A DNA stretch of 64,000 nucleotides from NCBI GenBank assembly GCA_964016885.1, contig OZ024740.1, forward strand, positions 144,522,001-144,586,000, in the 5' to 3' direction. Positions within the stretch are counted from its first letter, which is position 1, and every line of letters starts with the position of its first letter. This document shows positions 38,447-53,543 of this stretch, one piece after another. The notes under the pieces are model-generated. The model was not told the DNA's origin and did no database searches. It was given only the letters and a program-made list of their open reading frames with translations. Origin of the DNA: Eledone cirrhosa. Lineage: Eukaryota. Both the position numbers and the translations under genes were made by a program.

Positions 38447-38699
38447 CTGAAAATAGAAACAATATGTCATTTATTTCATTTCTTTGTTTTTTAAAGTTTT
38501 CAATCAAATGACTAGAATAAGCAATCAAAGAATCAATCATATTCAGAAAGAATTGAGCAAACTTTGAGAGTATGTTAGTTTAATGTAACCTGGGTATGGG
38601 TTAGAATGTTGTTCATTATGTTCCATATTTAGCATGATTTCTATGGCTGGCTGCCTTTCATAACAATAACCACCTTACAAGGTGTCTAAAAAAGTCTAA

Positions 38700-38978
38700 A
38701 GTCTGTCTCGAGCCTGGAGGCTCATCAAGACAGTGCTTATCTTGGTTTCCATGGCGTGAAGCGACTGAGAGTACAAGGTCCCCCTCTGGACAGGACACCA
38801 GTCCATTACGGGGTTAAACTCCCAACTATTGCTGGTATTCATTTTCAGCTGAGCATACTGGAGCAATATGAAATGAAGTATTTTGCTTAAGAACACAACA
38901 CACACCCCAGTCCAGGAATCAAACCCACAATATTATGATTGTAAGTCCAACACCCTCACCACTAGGCCATGCACTCCC
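38700..38978 (-). mobile_element. tRNA-derived SINE
   Basis: Reverse strand tggcctagtggt A box and ggtttgattcc B box, then ttcttaagcaaaatacttcatttc core; related copies at 39330-39720 and 56520-56680. Confidence 0.75.
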
Positions 38979-39329
38979 ACTTACAAGGTGTGCTGCATGC
39001 ATTTTTTGTGATGCCATCACATATTATAAATGTATGTATGCAAGCACTCATAACTCTTGATGGTGCTGTTATGGCATACAGTATGTCTTGGCATTTTAAA
39101 CCTGACAGAGCCCGTTTGCTCTCTTAGACTGAACACATGATTTGAGAAAAAGAATAGACCCTAGTACCAAGCTGGTACTTTTTCTTTATTGACCTTGATG
39201 AAAGGCAAAGTTGACCATAGTGAAATTTCAACTTAGAGAGTGCAGAGAGCTGGAACAAATACTGCAAAGTATTCTATCTGATATTCTAACAATTCACTGT
39301 TTTCATATCATTATTGAATGGTTAACGCC

Positions 39330-39722
39330 AGCCCTAGGTTGGCTATAGTGTGTTAAGTGTATTTTCTAAGGTTACAATGCACTACCAGTAAAAGAGTAAA
39401 GACCCCTTCGGTCACAAATGACCATGGGATTTGCACCTCGAATGTTCCCCTCCGAGGCACAAGACCAGGAAAGGTTGTTTGTGGAAGATCAGGAGTTGCC
39501 TATGTATACCAGTCTCCACTCTTCACACCACTGATATTATCCAAGGGAAAAGCAATGGCCAATACAGCTCGGCACCAGTGACGTCATTCATTTCGACAGC
39601 TGAGTCAACTGGAACAACATGAAATAAAGTGACTTGCTCAAGAACACAACGCAAAGCCTGGTTCAAGAATTGAACTCACAACCTCGCAATTGTAAGCTCG
39701 ATGCTCTAACCACTAAGCAAAC
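39330..39722 (-). mobile_element. tRNA-derived SINE
   Basis: Reverse strand gcttagtggttagagc...gagttcaattc head plus shared core. Confidence 0.75.
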
Positions 39723-40577
39723 CACTAACTTTTATATGTAAGCTTCTGCCTTGTCAATACATCTATTTATCAACTATGCAGTTCATTTTTTTGTATAAAA
39801 CGTGACAAAAAAATAAATTGCTCTAAACAAACAAAGAAAAACTACATTGAGTCTGAAAGATACAAACAAAATGACTGCTTCAAGTGAGCAACAGAACTCA
39901 AAAACAATCCTAGAACTTCTAGATAAAGACTCTTGTTTCTTTCTCTCTCTCCACACACACACAAAACATAAAAGGAAGCATGTAAAGTTGGGAAAGCACT
40001 AATGCCGACCTAGCATATGCTTGAAAGGAAGAATGGTTATATTGTAAAGATTGTGTTAGTCATTATTGGTAATCTAGGTTGAGGTATGAAAGAGTCTGAA
40101 TGACAATGAAAAGTACTTTCTGGTATTATTTAAACAGAAGCAGCAACACAATCTATTATCACACTGTGTATTGTAAGAGGCTAAACACATTTTTTCTGTG
40201 TTCTTTTGTTTTTGTTTCCTTTTGGCCTATTACAAACCTCTAATTCTAATGTGAAAAACAGAAGCCTGGCAATAATTACACCTTGAAATTAGTTAAGATC
40301 ACTAATCAAATTTCCTGTGCCCAGTAACTCAATGTAGTTTATTCTAAAAGATTTTCTATAGAATTTGAAAATGTAAATGTTATCATTCTATAGTAACAAA
40401 AGGATAACAATAATGATATATAAGAAATTTAACAACAATAGATATTTTTTCCAAAAACTAATACATAGAAGTGTTTTAAGAGAATAGTTAAAACCAGTGT
40501 CTTTTGACAAGTTCTTCTGCTAACTCTAATAATTAGTTACAAATGATTACGCAGGAATTCAGTTCAGTAGTAAGAAA

Positions 40578-40616
<39 letters not shown>

Positions 40617-40623
<7 letters not shown>

Positions 40624-41500
40624 TATATTTGGAGATGGTCATGTTGCCATATTACCAATAAAAAGAACACACATACCATATGATTTTCACTTTTTCACTT
40701 TGTCTTTAATACAGGAAGACTTGGGATGAGGTGATAAAAGCTGACCTTGCCCAACTGCACTTCTCAAAGGCGATGACACAGGACCGAGATTTCTGGCATT
40801 ACGCAGTAATACAGAAGACCCGACTTCCGATGGACATAGGTCGAAGCTGAAGCATATATATACAATATGCCCCACCCACCCTCCCACTCTAAAGTGGTTG
40901 TGTAAGTCTCACGATAAAAAGCATCCAATCACAAGTGGTCATGTAAGTGTCATGACAAAAGGCACCCAGTACTCACTGTAAATGAAGTTGGTGTGAGGAA
41001 GGGCATCCAGCTGTAAAGACCAAGCCCAAATCAGTTCTGTATGAGCAAGACATGGTCATCTGACCTAGTATTGCCCACAACAGGACAACTCGTTTAACCC
41101 ATGCTAGTGTGGAAAATGGACGTAAAACAGTGATAATGATGATTGGTTAGTTCATCAAAGTTCTTTCATCACACATTCTGTGACCTCCTCAATGACTATT
41201 TGTTCTCTTAATCTGTTACTCCATCGAGTCTCCTTTTTGTGGTATACAACAAAAAGGAGTAACAGATAAAGACCAGAAAGAAGGAGGTTTAGAAGAGAAC
41301 AAATAGTCATTGAGGAAGGACATCATGGAATGTGTGATGAAAGAAGTTTGATGAACTAACTAATAACTAGTAATAAAGGTAAAATGGAAAAGTGAAAATT
41401 ATGGCATGTGTGTTTTTTTATTGGCAATACTGGCAGCATGACCATCCCCAAATATAACAATATCTGTTTCAACACACGATTTCACATCAATAATCTTGCA
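40617..41500. mobile_element. Old fold-back element of the same family as 53544-54877, interrupted by an RTE-tail insertion (about 40715-41140)
   Basis: Termini tatatttggagatggtcat and atgaccatccccaaatataacaatatctgtttcaacacacgatttca match 53523-53569; inner arms at 41143-41222 and 41256-41362. Confidence 0.8.
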
Positions 41501-43155
41501 AAACATACATAAATGTATATATATATATTAAGAAATTGAAAATAAAATAAAAATATAGGAAAAACAACAGCAAAGAGTAAATTTACTCTCTGAAATATGA
41601 GGGACAGTATCTAATGTTTGTGCTTTTGGTAATAAGGCACCAGATATTTTCATAATGCTTTGTGATATATAGCATCTTATCCTAGAGGAAATTTATTCCC
41701 CATGCTCTAAATGCCCTAAGCTGTTGTGGCCAATCATGCCATCCAATATTATCATTATCATGCCAGCATATAATCTGCCCTTTACACTGAGAGAGAAGCC
41801 TTTTGTTGCCAGCAGAGGTAACAGCTCCCTAAATTTCTTACACTCTGGCTAGGACACTTTCAGTACATCCACTGCCACTGCTAATAAGATCCACTAAATA
41901 TCAAAAGCTATCTACTACTCCTAGTAAGCCTTTCAAGTATATGAGGGAGTTGATTTCACGAGTACTCTTATTGTTGACTACTTCTGTGCACCTATCACAC
42001 AAAGCTGACTGTCTCTCTCAATCTATCTGTGACCCCACTGCATTTCTTGTATGTCCACTGTCCACACCAGGTGCACCATGTAGAGTTTTTACCAACTCCT
42101 TTTTGGTACATTGAACATAGCCATTTGCCTGATGCTATCCAAGTCCCAGCATATTCTTACATTCATTTTCCATGCTGCCATGGGTTGGACAGGTCACTAT
42201 AATCAGAATTACTTCTTATTTGGAGTTACTGTGCTCCTAGATAGGCAGAACTAGGTCATGCTTATATATTCCAATTTTGGAATGATTTCTAAGGCTGGAT
42301 GCCCTTCCTAATGAACAATTTTACAAAGTGAACAGGATGCATTTTATGTTGGCCCCAACACTTAACAAAACTGAAGAGGCCTCTGTACTCTATGTTGTCT
42401 CTATTTGATCAATCACTTTACAGAGTGTGCTGAGTGCGTTTAATCATAGCACCAACACTAGAAAAGTTGTCTTGTCCACTGCAAGGCCAAAGTTCATGCA
42501 GTCTGTTCATTTAAGGCTAGATTGGGGGTGTGATTTGAAGGGAAATGTTGACCAAAACCTGAAAGGAGAAGGAAAGTGACAATAGTGGGTAGGAAGTTGA
42601 GTAAGGAAGCAACATGAGCAACATGATAAGACACCAATAGAGAGTGAGTGATGGATACCATGAAAGAGAGAGAATGTGTGATGGTATTGAATATGGAGTA
42701 GTAAATGTCAACAGGGAGTCTCATAAAAGAGAGAATGATGAGAATAGGGTCAGATTTAATGTCAAGGTAAATGATGGTGGGGAGAAAACAATGGTGAGTG
42801 TGTATGTGGGGGAGAGAGAGAGAGAGGGGGGGGATTGTGTACTGACTTATGATTAATTTTATAAAAAGCTGTAATAGCTGAAGAGAGAAGTTAATATACA
42901 GGATTGTTGGCTAAATGATTCTGAGTTCAAACATTATTACTTTGTTGTGCTACTGGATGTGTCCTACTTCTTCATAGCTAGCATTAATCCTTTCATTATT
43001 GTATTTCAAATGAATGACTGCCTAAGATTTTCAAACAATTTGGAGGGATTTAGTAATAGAACTAAACTTTCTAAATATTAAGTTGTTATTTGGAACATAA
43101 AGGTTCTTTAAAAAAAATTATCATGGAAGGTTATAAATAAATATAAATACTTTAA

Positions 43156-43531
43156 CCCTTTAGCATTTACATTACTCTATAGAGGGTCGGACGCCATGCT
43201 TTCCAGCATAGTTACGTCCCTTTACGATCTGAGTTCAAATCCCGCCGAGGTTGACTTTGCCTTTCATCCTTATGGGGTCGATAAAATAAAGTACCAGTAA
43301 TGCACTGGGTAATTGCTGGCCTTGTGCCTAAAGTAGAAACAATTATATTTTCTATTATCTCTTCACGGTAAAAGCTTTATCTCACATAATATCGAATCTA
43401 TGAGATTTTGATGTTATTTATTTTAAGAACAATACCTTAATATAAAATATGAGCAGCCGGTTATGGTCGGTTTGAACAGAAAGAGGTGAAAGAATTCTGG
43501 CCGAATATGGCCAGTTTAAATGCTAAAAGGG
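43156..43531. mobile_element. piggyBac-type MITE with a young SINE inserted (about 43180-43345)
   Basis: TTAA-ccctttagcattta and taaatgctaaaaggg-ttca termini. Confidence 0.7.
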
Positions 43532-46500
43532 TTCAGGTAAACAGTTTTGTATTGTAGAACCAGGGGTGTTTAGTATCAATAGGGTTGAGAAAGCAATTCA
43601 ACGTTAAAAACAACTGCTTCATTAATATAGAAAATGCCCATATTTCAAAACCCACCCCAACTTTTCTAGCATAGCAGAAATGACTATAATACTATGCTAG
43701 TATAGAAAAATAATTCCCATTATATTTAATTTAATCATTAGAGACGTTGTCCAGCACTCCTCACAATGCTGCTGTCTTTTGCTCTGATGGTGGCTTGGTT
43801 GTTCACCCCTTCCTTTATATTTTTTTTAATATTGCAACATTAAAGGAATATATCCTTCTGAAAGATTCGCAAGCAATTTATAATGTTATTTAAGCATTTG
43901 TAGGGTTATTCATGTATATATTTAAAACATATTTGTTATGTTATTCTACTGTAAATTTATTTATATCCTTTGTATATTAATTGTATTTATTTATATTTTC
44001 ATTCTGTGAAGTATATAGCATATATACAAATTAAAGTATTTTTATTGTCAATAAAATAAAGTACCAGTAGAGTACTGGAATAGATTTCTAAATTTGATCA
44101 ATGTCTCTCTGTTTTTCTCAAATTCATACAATATCTAAGGAATGGCATTTTTACTGTTTTCAATTTTTGTATATTTCCCTCCCAAAATTACAATTCTAAC
44201 AGGCTTTCCTTCATTGTCTACATAATTAATAAAAGGATTTCTAAATTCCTAGAAACATAACAGATTCCTGTCCCTTCTACTTATTATGCTCATGACATCT
44301 GATTAATTTTAAAATCATATTCTTTACATATGGAATTTATGTATTAACAGCTTTGTTGATACACTTAAAATGAGATGTGTAAGCACTCTGTAAAATCCTA
44401 TGAGAATGACACAGATTGTACAGCATAGTATTGAATGACTATTTAGTTTTGAATTACTGCCTACACATTTTATGCACACTGAGTACAGTCACACTCTTAT
44501 TTCATTTAGTCTGTAAATTTAATCTAATGTATTTAAATTTAATTTAATGAATTTAAAATTTTTACTTTCAGCACTTGTTTATATTTTTCTAAACTTTGGT
44601 CTACTTTACAGTAGAATTATTAAAAAGTGATTATTATTTATCTTTTATTATTTTTTGTTTTAGCTGAGATATACCACCTAGACTGAGGTGGGGAGTCTGC
44701 GGTGTACTCCCCTTCCCTTACTTTCGTTATTTAATTTTTTTCTTTCGTTTTTATTGCAAACATTACATAATCCAACTGAAATTTCTTGAATAAAATAAAT
44801 ATAATTTCAAAAGTTTTAAAATGTTTATTTATTTAAATAATACTACTAATTAGAAATTTAGAAAGGAAAAACAATATACAAAAATAATGCCAAAAACATA
44901 AGTACTTAGGTTAGTCAGTGGGTCTATACTACCAACACATTTTATGCACACAGAGTATGATCACTATTTCAGTCTGTGAATTTAGTCCAAGTTATTTTCT
45001 TATAATTACTGGTAGTTAACAAATATATCATTATTTAATTCATATTTTTATTGTTATTAAACATTTAATTGCTGGGGTCAACTTTGCCTTTCATCCTTTC
45101 TAAGTCGATAAATAAAGTACCAGTTCAGTACTGGGGTTAGCTCTCTCTCTTTCTCTGGAAGATATTGGCTGTGTTCAGATATGAAGAGGTTGTGGGCTAT
45201 GTTAGGTTTAAAGTGCCCAACACACGTTTCATGTCACAATGGTGCCACTACAACTCCATCAGGAGTTATGGGTCTACTTACACATACAAACATTTAATCA
45301 AAATATCAACAGAATAATATCAAGATATAAGAATAAAATAAGAAATAAAAATTAACACAAATAGAAAAATAATTCTTCATAATTAAACTGTGAATGCTGT
45401 ACTGTTTCTTAATTAGAAATTCTTAAATTAGCTTTAAAGTCAAGTGGTGCCATTTTTTTAATAGATAAAAACTTTCAAATGTAATCACTATGCATAATTC
45501 AATGTTGGGTCAATTAATTCAACATTGAAAATTATTAGCTATCATAATAGCCTGTTCATTACAATATGTCCTAATATGTTTCTTCAGTGCAGTCCAACCC
45601 TTGCTTGCAGGGAAAGTGCCTGTAAAGTGATGATGATGATGTGCTCTGAGGCAATAATTATTTTTATTCCAGTATTCCCTTTAAAACACCACCATGTTAA
45701 AAGTTTTATAGAACAGCATTGACAAGAAAATACCAATTCCTGTAAATAAAAAAAATAAAAAATCAAGAACTTTTCTTTCTACAACCTTCTATCACCATAC
45801 ACAAAAAGTGGGTCACATTATCAGCTGGTTTTTTTCTCACCATGCTATTACTAGTTCTAATAATATACAAGAAAAAAAATTATCAAAGCAATTTCCAGCA
45901 ACCCTTTGCATGTGACTAAATAGAGGAAAAAAGTCAAGCAGCTTCTATTTTTCTATTATACAGCCACTGACTAATCCAAGTGCTTGCTATTTCTGAAACT
46001 TACTTAACAGTAGCATTATCTAAATAAATAAATATAAAAACTGGACTGAAGCAATCTTCACCAATTTAATATTTCTACTTTATGTAACACAAATATCAGA
46101 GGTGAAAATTATTAATTTTATTATCATCCATTCTCCCTGCTAGCAAGGGTTGGCAAGGTCACAACCAACCACAGTAGTATTTAATCAGAGCCACAGACCT
46201 CTCAGACATGGCTTGAGAGGGGGACTGCATCTTGTTTACATACATTTCACTTCAGAGTGTAGTGGGTACATTCTATCATGGCACCAGTACCAGGGATGCT
46301 GTCATGTCTTTGATACAACTGAAGAGTCCTCTTTGTTTGGAAAGTTTTCTGTGGTTGGATGCTCTTCCTATTCTCAATCACTTTACAGATTAAAAAAAAA
46401 AGATATGCACTAATGGACTGAAAGAAAAGTTGAGTGTAAGATGAATTGAATGTAGCATGCAAGAGAGACGATTATGTTGGTATGAGGATGTAATATGTAA

Positions 46501-46729
46501 GAAGAGCAAGAGTTGATTTTTAAAATGCTGAGTATTTAAAGTGGATGGAACCTGTGGAAGAGAGAAACCAAGGAAGACATAGAAGTTGTGAAGAATGACC
46601 TAAACAAACAGAATCTCACAAGGAGATGACACAGTTTTGTTTTGGTGATGGTGTGTGTGAGGGGAGTAGAAATAACAGCAGAAAATGTATAGCAAAAGAT
46701 GCCATATTGGTGAATATTCTGAGTTTATA

Positions 46730-47232
46730 TTCTTTTAATAATTTAATATCATATTCCAGTCACAGAAAAGACCCATAGAAGTGGTTGATAGCTTCTGCTA
46801 TCTAGGCAATATAGTTAGCAATGGAGGAGCGTGCTATGAGAGCATAATAGCTAGAATAAGGATTGTATGGAAAAAGTTCAGAGGGAAATGAAGCAACCAT
46901 GCTCTGTTGGATGTGCAATGTGAAGGTGAGAGAAAGGCAGCGCTTGGATGAACTGAGGGAACAGCTGGGTTTAAGAGGGATGATAGATGGTGTGCAGGAG
47001 AAAAGACTGCATTGGATGAGGATCGATGAGTGAAGAAATGCTAGGAAATGCCAGTTGAAGAAAAACCTGGGCAGAGGTTGTGAGAGCTGACCTCAAATCA
47101 CTAAGACTCACAGCGGAGATGATGAAGTATCATGACGTGTGGAGAGATGCCGTACTGAGAAAGACCTGTCCAATCCATGCAAATGTGGAAAAGTGGACAT
47201 AAAAATGATGATGATAATGATGATGGTGATGA
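46730..47232 (+). mobile_element. Decayed RTE 3' fragment
   Basis: IEVVDSFCYLG...SIIARIRIVWKKFR and a (GAT)n tail, homologous to 27300-28270. Confidence 0.75.
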
Positions 47233-48449
47233 CTGAAGCAAGATATTGAACTGTATAGCATTATCCATTGAATAATGTTTTTGATAAACAGATCTCTTAT
47301 CATTACTTATTCTTTTATTGGTTTTCAGTCATTAGACTGCAGCCATGCTGGGGTACCACCTTCAAGGTATTTAGTTGATCATGTCAACCCAGTACTTATT
47401 TAATTGATTTCAGTATTTCGAACTGTTAAGTTACAGAACATAAACAACAAAAAAAAGACGCATACACATAAACACACTACCATAAAAATAATCTAAGTTC
47501 TTCAGTTGTTTCAAAAATATGACAACCTCCCTGATGCTGTTACCACGATAAAATGCACATGGTAGAGGACAGGAGTGTATATGAGCCAGATGTAGACCCC
47601 AGGCACATCTGAGAGGTCAGTAGTTCCACTTGAGTACTGACTCAGTCTGTGAAGACATGTCCAACCTTTTCTAGCAGGGAAAATGAACATTAAATGATGA
47701 TGATGATAATAATATGAAAGGCTTCTACACAATTTTCATCTACAAAACTTCCCTCAAAAGGCATTGGTCAAACTGAAGCTACAGTAGAAGACACTTGTTC
47801 AAAGGTCAGACCGTGAGAGTAAACTTGAAGTCACAAGGCTGTGAAGTAAACAAGCTGTGCTTGTACCTATATATACAGTACGCATAGATGCCTTTATCAA
47901 AAAGACTAAATTATTGGGACATATCATTATTTGTGATTTATTTCAGGTCACAGTTAATAGAGGAAGGGAAAATGTTTGGATGAACTGTTAATAGGAAGAG
48001 GTAAGTGCCTGGGTGAACAATAAAAAAGCCTTTCAATTGATGCAAGATAAGGGAAATTTCATTTATAAGAACACAGGAAATTGAAACAATTATCAGAAAA
48101 ATATTAACAAGTTAAAACAATTCAGATGATCATAAAATAAAATAAAACTATGAAGATATTCAGCAAAGTAATTATTAAAATACCGCCTGCACCCCCCCCC
48201 CCTCCTAAAAAAAAAAAACCGATTATTTCAGATCCCTGTAGTTAAATTCTGTAGGTTTAGGCAGGAGGCAGGAAATACACTCAAGGCTTACTGTTAATAG
48301 TCAAATTTTGTTACCATGATTATTTTTCCTGTGGTCTTCCTGTGTGACAAGTGTTGGGAATACAGCTTGATGAGGTTCTTTTTGCACAGTAAAATGGTAG
48401 GGGCTAGTGGGATTGATTTAGGATAGTAATGTACATTGGTAGAAATTGG

Positions 48450-48623
48450 AATTAGAGGGTCGAATGCCATGCTTTGACGCATAGAGTTACGGCCCTTGCC
48501 ATTCTGAGTTCAAATCCCGCTGAGGTTAATTTTGCCTTTCATCCTTACAGGGTCGATAAAATAAAGTACCAGTAATGCACTGGGTAATTGCTGGTCTTGT
48601 GCCAAAAGTAGAAACAATTATTA
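48450..48623 (+). mobile_element. Young tRNA-derived SINE
   Basis: Same family as 16085-16272. Confidence 0.85.
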
Positions 48624-49589
48624 TGGGGAAGAATTTATTTTGAGAATTGTAAGGAGGAAGGAAATAGGGAAGAAGTACCAAAATACAGAGATAGTTTTGT
48701 TTGAACTTAGAATATAAATTCTGAGGTTGAGTAGTATTTCCAATAAAGCTAGAAGAAAGAAATTAATCAACCGAAGAGAAAGAAACTAAAGCAGATTGGT
48801 GAAAGAAAAATCTTCTGTATTTATTTAATTTGGAACGGCAAAGGCTATAAAACAACTACAGCAATCAGGATATTGGAATAATGTTTCACAATAAAACAAC
48901 TTTAGACTTGATATTGATCCTTGTGATATAGATCCAGTGAAGGCGTGTGGCTGAGTAGTTAGAGAATTGAATTCGCAATTGTTAGGTTGTGAGTTTGATT
49001 CCTGGACTGGGAAATGTGTTATGTCCTTGAGCAACCTGAAGTTGCAACCGATAGATAGTATTAGCAATTGGAAAGACCAACAGAAACATTGTTTCCTCAG
49101 TCCGATTTGACGAAGGTCGATCAACTGTCGATAGATCCTTGTACATTCTAAATTGATAATAAATTTATAAGAACGTTTTCATTTCAGGGCGACCTACAGG
49201 ATAAAGTGGGAAGCATTGGTGGATAAGGAAGTCAGGACCAGGTATGCAGATACTATTGCATCCAAATTCAGAGAATTCCCTGAGCAAAGTGAGTATCTTG
49301 AGACAGAGTGGAGATGGTTCAGTGCAGTAGTTTCTGCTTCAGCTGTTAAATGTTGAGGGCGAAAGAGGCTTACAAAGCTTGGCTTGGAAATAAGTCCCCC
49401 TTCTTGCACTAGTGGTACAAGCAGGCGCGAAGAATCACAGCAGAGACAGGAAAGGCATCCAAAGTTCTTGGAACCTTCCAAAATTCTGCAGGAGTATGGG
49501 ATCGATGGTCAGCTCCTTGCTGCCCTGATGTCTCTACACAAAGCCTTCAGCAGTGAGGGGGGATGTTATCACCTGGATTAGAAAGATAA

Positions 49590-51390
49590 AAATTGGTCAC
49601 TACACTGCAAGGCATCAAAAATGTGTTTAGCTTCATGGCACTGTATCTTGATGGCAACATGTTAGCATTGTACTTCAAAATGGACCAGGCAGACCAATTG
49701 AACACAGAGAAGATAGAGCAGCGCCTTAAGGAAGTATTCACTGAGGGATCTTATGCTGCTTTCATCAAGCTAGGCATAGTGAGATGGACAGGAGAGCAGG
49801 TGGATGAATTTGTGGTGGAAATCCAGAGGTTGGCTATGCTAACTGAATTCACAGGAGTAAATCTTGAAAGGGCCATATGGATGATGTTTGTGAATGATTT
49901 CTTTGAATAAATTTTGGTGAGGCTCCAAAAGTTGCTGGGCAACAACAAAAGAGCCATGGGCAAGCTAATCACATAGGCCCACATAGTGACACAAGGCATT
50001 GAGCAGGATGTTGCAGCAATAAGAAACTGCAGGAAGCTGAAGCCTGAAATAATCTGCTACCGATGTAAGCAGACAGGCCACATCATCAGCATGGTTAAAG
50101 GGGAGTTACTGTGCCGGTAGCTACCCTTGGAAGCAAGTAAAGGCACTCATGTAGTCGCTGCCCATAGAGGAGGTTCTGGTGGTGGTGGGGAAGCTGTCAT
50201 GAGCCTTAGCGGATACAGGCTACATAACATTTGTGACCCAAGAGTGGGATGAGTAGTGTAAGGGAAGTTGATGGCAGGGAGATTAGATGCAAAGGTAGCA
50301 GTAAGGTGGAGATGGCAGTACCAGGAATGAAAATACGGTTGCAGGTGATCGTGATCGACCGTGCGGTGGATGGAAATGATGTGGTAAGGGGCATGGATGT
50401 GACTGGCTGCTCAGGAGGCATTATAGTGAGTGAAGACGGGGTAATGTTTGGTAGTGCAGGAACACCATGCACCATGAGTGTGCAACAGGGGAATAGGGAG
50501 ATCCATGAAGAAAAATGTGCTGTTCATACCATACAAAACAAGGATTTCAGGGCTGTGTTCAATGGTCAGCAGAGGAAAGTTGTGTGGTACTGGAAAGGGG
50601 AGCCCCAACATTGAAGAACAGAGTGAACTGCAATCTGCAAACTCTGGAAAGAGGAGATAAAGAGTGGAGTGTTGTCATTAATGACAGTAGTGCAACCAAC
50701 AAAGAACAAGGTCAGGCCGGTGCTGGACTTTCGTGAAATCGATGAACACGTGTTGTGCCATACAGGTGGGGAAGTCACAAATGTCTGCTTGGAAACCTCG
50801 CGTGAGTGGAGACAACTGTAGGGGCTTCTGCAATTGTCAACTTAAAGTCAGCATATCTGCAGCTACATGTAGCTGAGAAACAGTAGAAGTATCAGCTGGC
50901 CAGGTATAAGAGCCAGACATACTGCCTGACCAGGCTGAGGTTTCGGTTGAATTCGGCACCAAAGATCACGCCAGTAGTTCTCAAGGCTACTCTAAGGAAA
51001 GTGAACAAGGTAAAGAGGGCCACCAATTCCTACATCGATGATATCTTGGTAGATAAGACTGTGGTGTTGGCAGCAGAGGTCTCGAGGCACCTAGGAAGAT
51101 TCAGGTTAACCGTGAAACCATCAGAGGCAATGGAAGAAGGATTCACACTCTGGGAAGAGACAAGACGGGCACATTGGTGTTTCAGAGGGGAATTAAAGTC
51201 CCAGAACTGGGCACCAGCATAAACAGACGAGAACTTTTCTCAATTTGTGGGAAATTGGTGGGCCACTTTCCAATCACGGGACGTCTTCAAACAGCATGCA
51301 GCCATGGCAAGAGATGAGCAAACAGGGTGAGCTAGGAAGACAGAGTGAGAGAGATGATGGTGGTCATGTTGCGGGATATCATGATGCTGG
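49590..51390 (+). mobile_element. Decayed Ty3/Gypsy LTR retrotransposon internal region
   Basis: gag-like ORF 49593-49910, ICYRCKQTGH knuckle near 50050, protease-like ORF 50249-50614 and RT motif SYIDDIL at about 51030. Confidence 0.85.
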
Positions 51391-53543
51391 ATATCTAAAA
51401 ATTTAATTTTAAAGCTAACTACCTTTTAATGACTTTGTCGTGACTGCTTGTTGTAGGAAAGCATTTTGATACTTCGTCACAACATGGAGGTCCATAGTTT
51501 CAACTGAACCTCTAGATGGGCATTCGCCATTTATGATCTCAAAGGTATCTTGATTTTGGTTAGGTAGGAGAATGTAGATTCACAGCAATAAAAGGTTGAA
51601 AAGCAAGAGAGTTGCTGAAGGTTTGGGTATTTTATTGCATTTTTCCATATCTCAATTGGTTCTTTCTTAGCGTCAAATAAAGCCACACAGAATGGCATAA
51701 AAGGCTGCATGCAGCCTTAAGGCCGCAGGTTCCCCATCTCTATCTAAACCATTTTAAATCCTTATAAAGTTTAATCCAAGTAGAAATGATTCTATTAACA
51801 ATTATGTTACAAATAATTATTTGTAACAGTTTGATATAGGTTGAAGTTATGGAAGAGAATAACTGGACAAGCTTTTAAAAATATTAATGTATTGTGTCTC
51901 AATAATATGTAAATAATATAGATTTTAAGGCAGCAAATAGACATCAGAGAGAATGGTTTTCATTTCTGCTCCCTGCAGCTCTAATTTCAAATAATGCCAT
52001 AGTTAACTTTGCCTTTCATCCTTTTAAGATCAATAAATAAAGTACCAAGCCTCAGTCCACCACTGATGTCAATTCTAATTTCCTCTCTCTCAATTATGTG
52101 TGTGTGTGTGTCTCTCTCTCAATTATGTATCTGTCTGTCTCTCTCACATTTATGTGTCTGTCTGTCTCTCTCACATTTATGTGTCTGTCTCTCACTCTCT
52201 GTTCAGATCTGGAGAAAGGATGGGTTCTACCAGATTAAAGTATCATAAAGGTACCCCAACAACTTACTCAGGAGTTACAGGTCCATAGATTTTGTATTAG
52301 TATAATTTGTAAAATAAAAAGAAAAAAAAAAGACAACTATCCACATCCTTAAAAAAAAAAACATTCAGTATTTCTATTAATTAAAATAATTGTTTCTACT
52401 TTAGGCACAAGGCCAGCAATTACCCAGTGCATTACTGGTACTTTATTTTATCAACCCCGTAAGGATAAAAGGCAAAGTCAAATGATTAACTTTCTAACCT
52501 GCCTCTCTATCTCTCCTGCTGTTACTGGTAAGTGCTGTGGTGTCCTAGAACTTACAGTTCTTAATGCCCTAAAGAGAGTTGAGATACTTTTTCATTCAAC
52601 CCATGCAAGCATGAAAAACATGATGACTGATACATACTGAAAACATTTTCAGAAATTAAACTTTGAATATCTTTTTAACACCATATATACATGGTATAAA
52701 TGTGCAAACTATTTAAATAACCTAGAAAAAATAGATTGGTGCATGTTATAAAATTAAATACTTATCTAATGCCTTTCTCTTTTCCTTCCTATCTCACTCT
52801 CCTGAATATATATTAATGGAGACCTCAGCAGTTGGGCTGAGCCTGAGTACTGCAACTGTCATGTCTATCTATTTCGAACTAACAAGAAATGGCTTAGAAC
52901 ACTACATTCTATACTTGTTCAACCTAAAGGCATAACTCAAGACTTGTTCAAACCTGAAGGCATAACTCAAGCAGACAAATTTCCACCCAAACAATTAAGA
53001 ATTTAAAAAATCCTGACTGAATTTAATATATAATACATTTTTCAACTTTATAACTTAAAATGTTGACCTAAATAAATTTCATATAATAATGTCATTGTGG
53101 TTACTAGGGCTCAATTATACAGGGACAACAAAATGAACCAGCACCCTTTCGTTCATCCTTTTAATAACCTGACTTGGGCTAACAAATTTTCACCTAAATT
53201 ATAATGAATAGTCATTAAAATCTCAAATGATTTTAATTCCATACTTTCAAGGAATATGACTTTGTTACAACTTCATAATATGAAATGCCAGCTTATATCA
53301 ATTTTGCAGTTCATAATACTAGTTATATGAAGAAAATTTTATGAAGTGGATTAGGGGTTACAAAAGGATCAGAATGATTTGAAGAAGTGAAAACGTCTGA
53401 AAGAAAAAGGGGGAGAAGGCCAAGGAAAATTTGTGGATTTAAGTGTCTTCACATAGAAAATGAAGGAATTATTATTATATATATATATATATATATATAT
53501 TAGTTTTGCGAGGTTTTTTATATGAAATCGTGTGTCGAAACAG

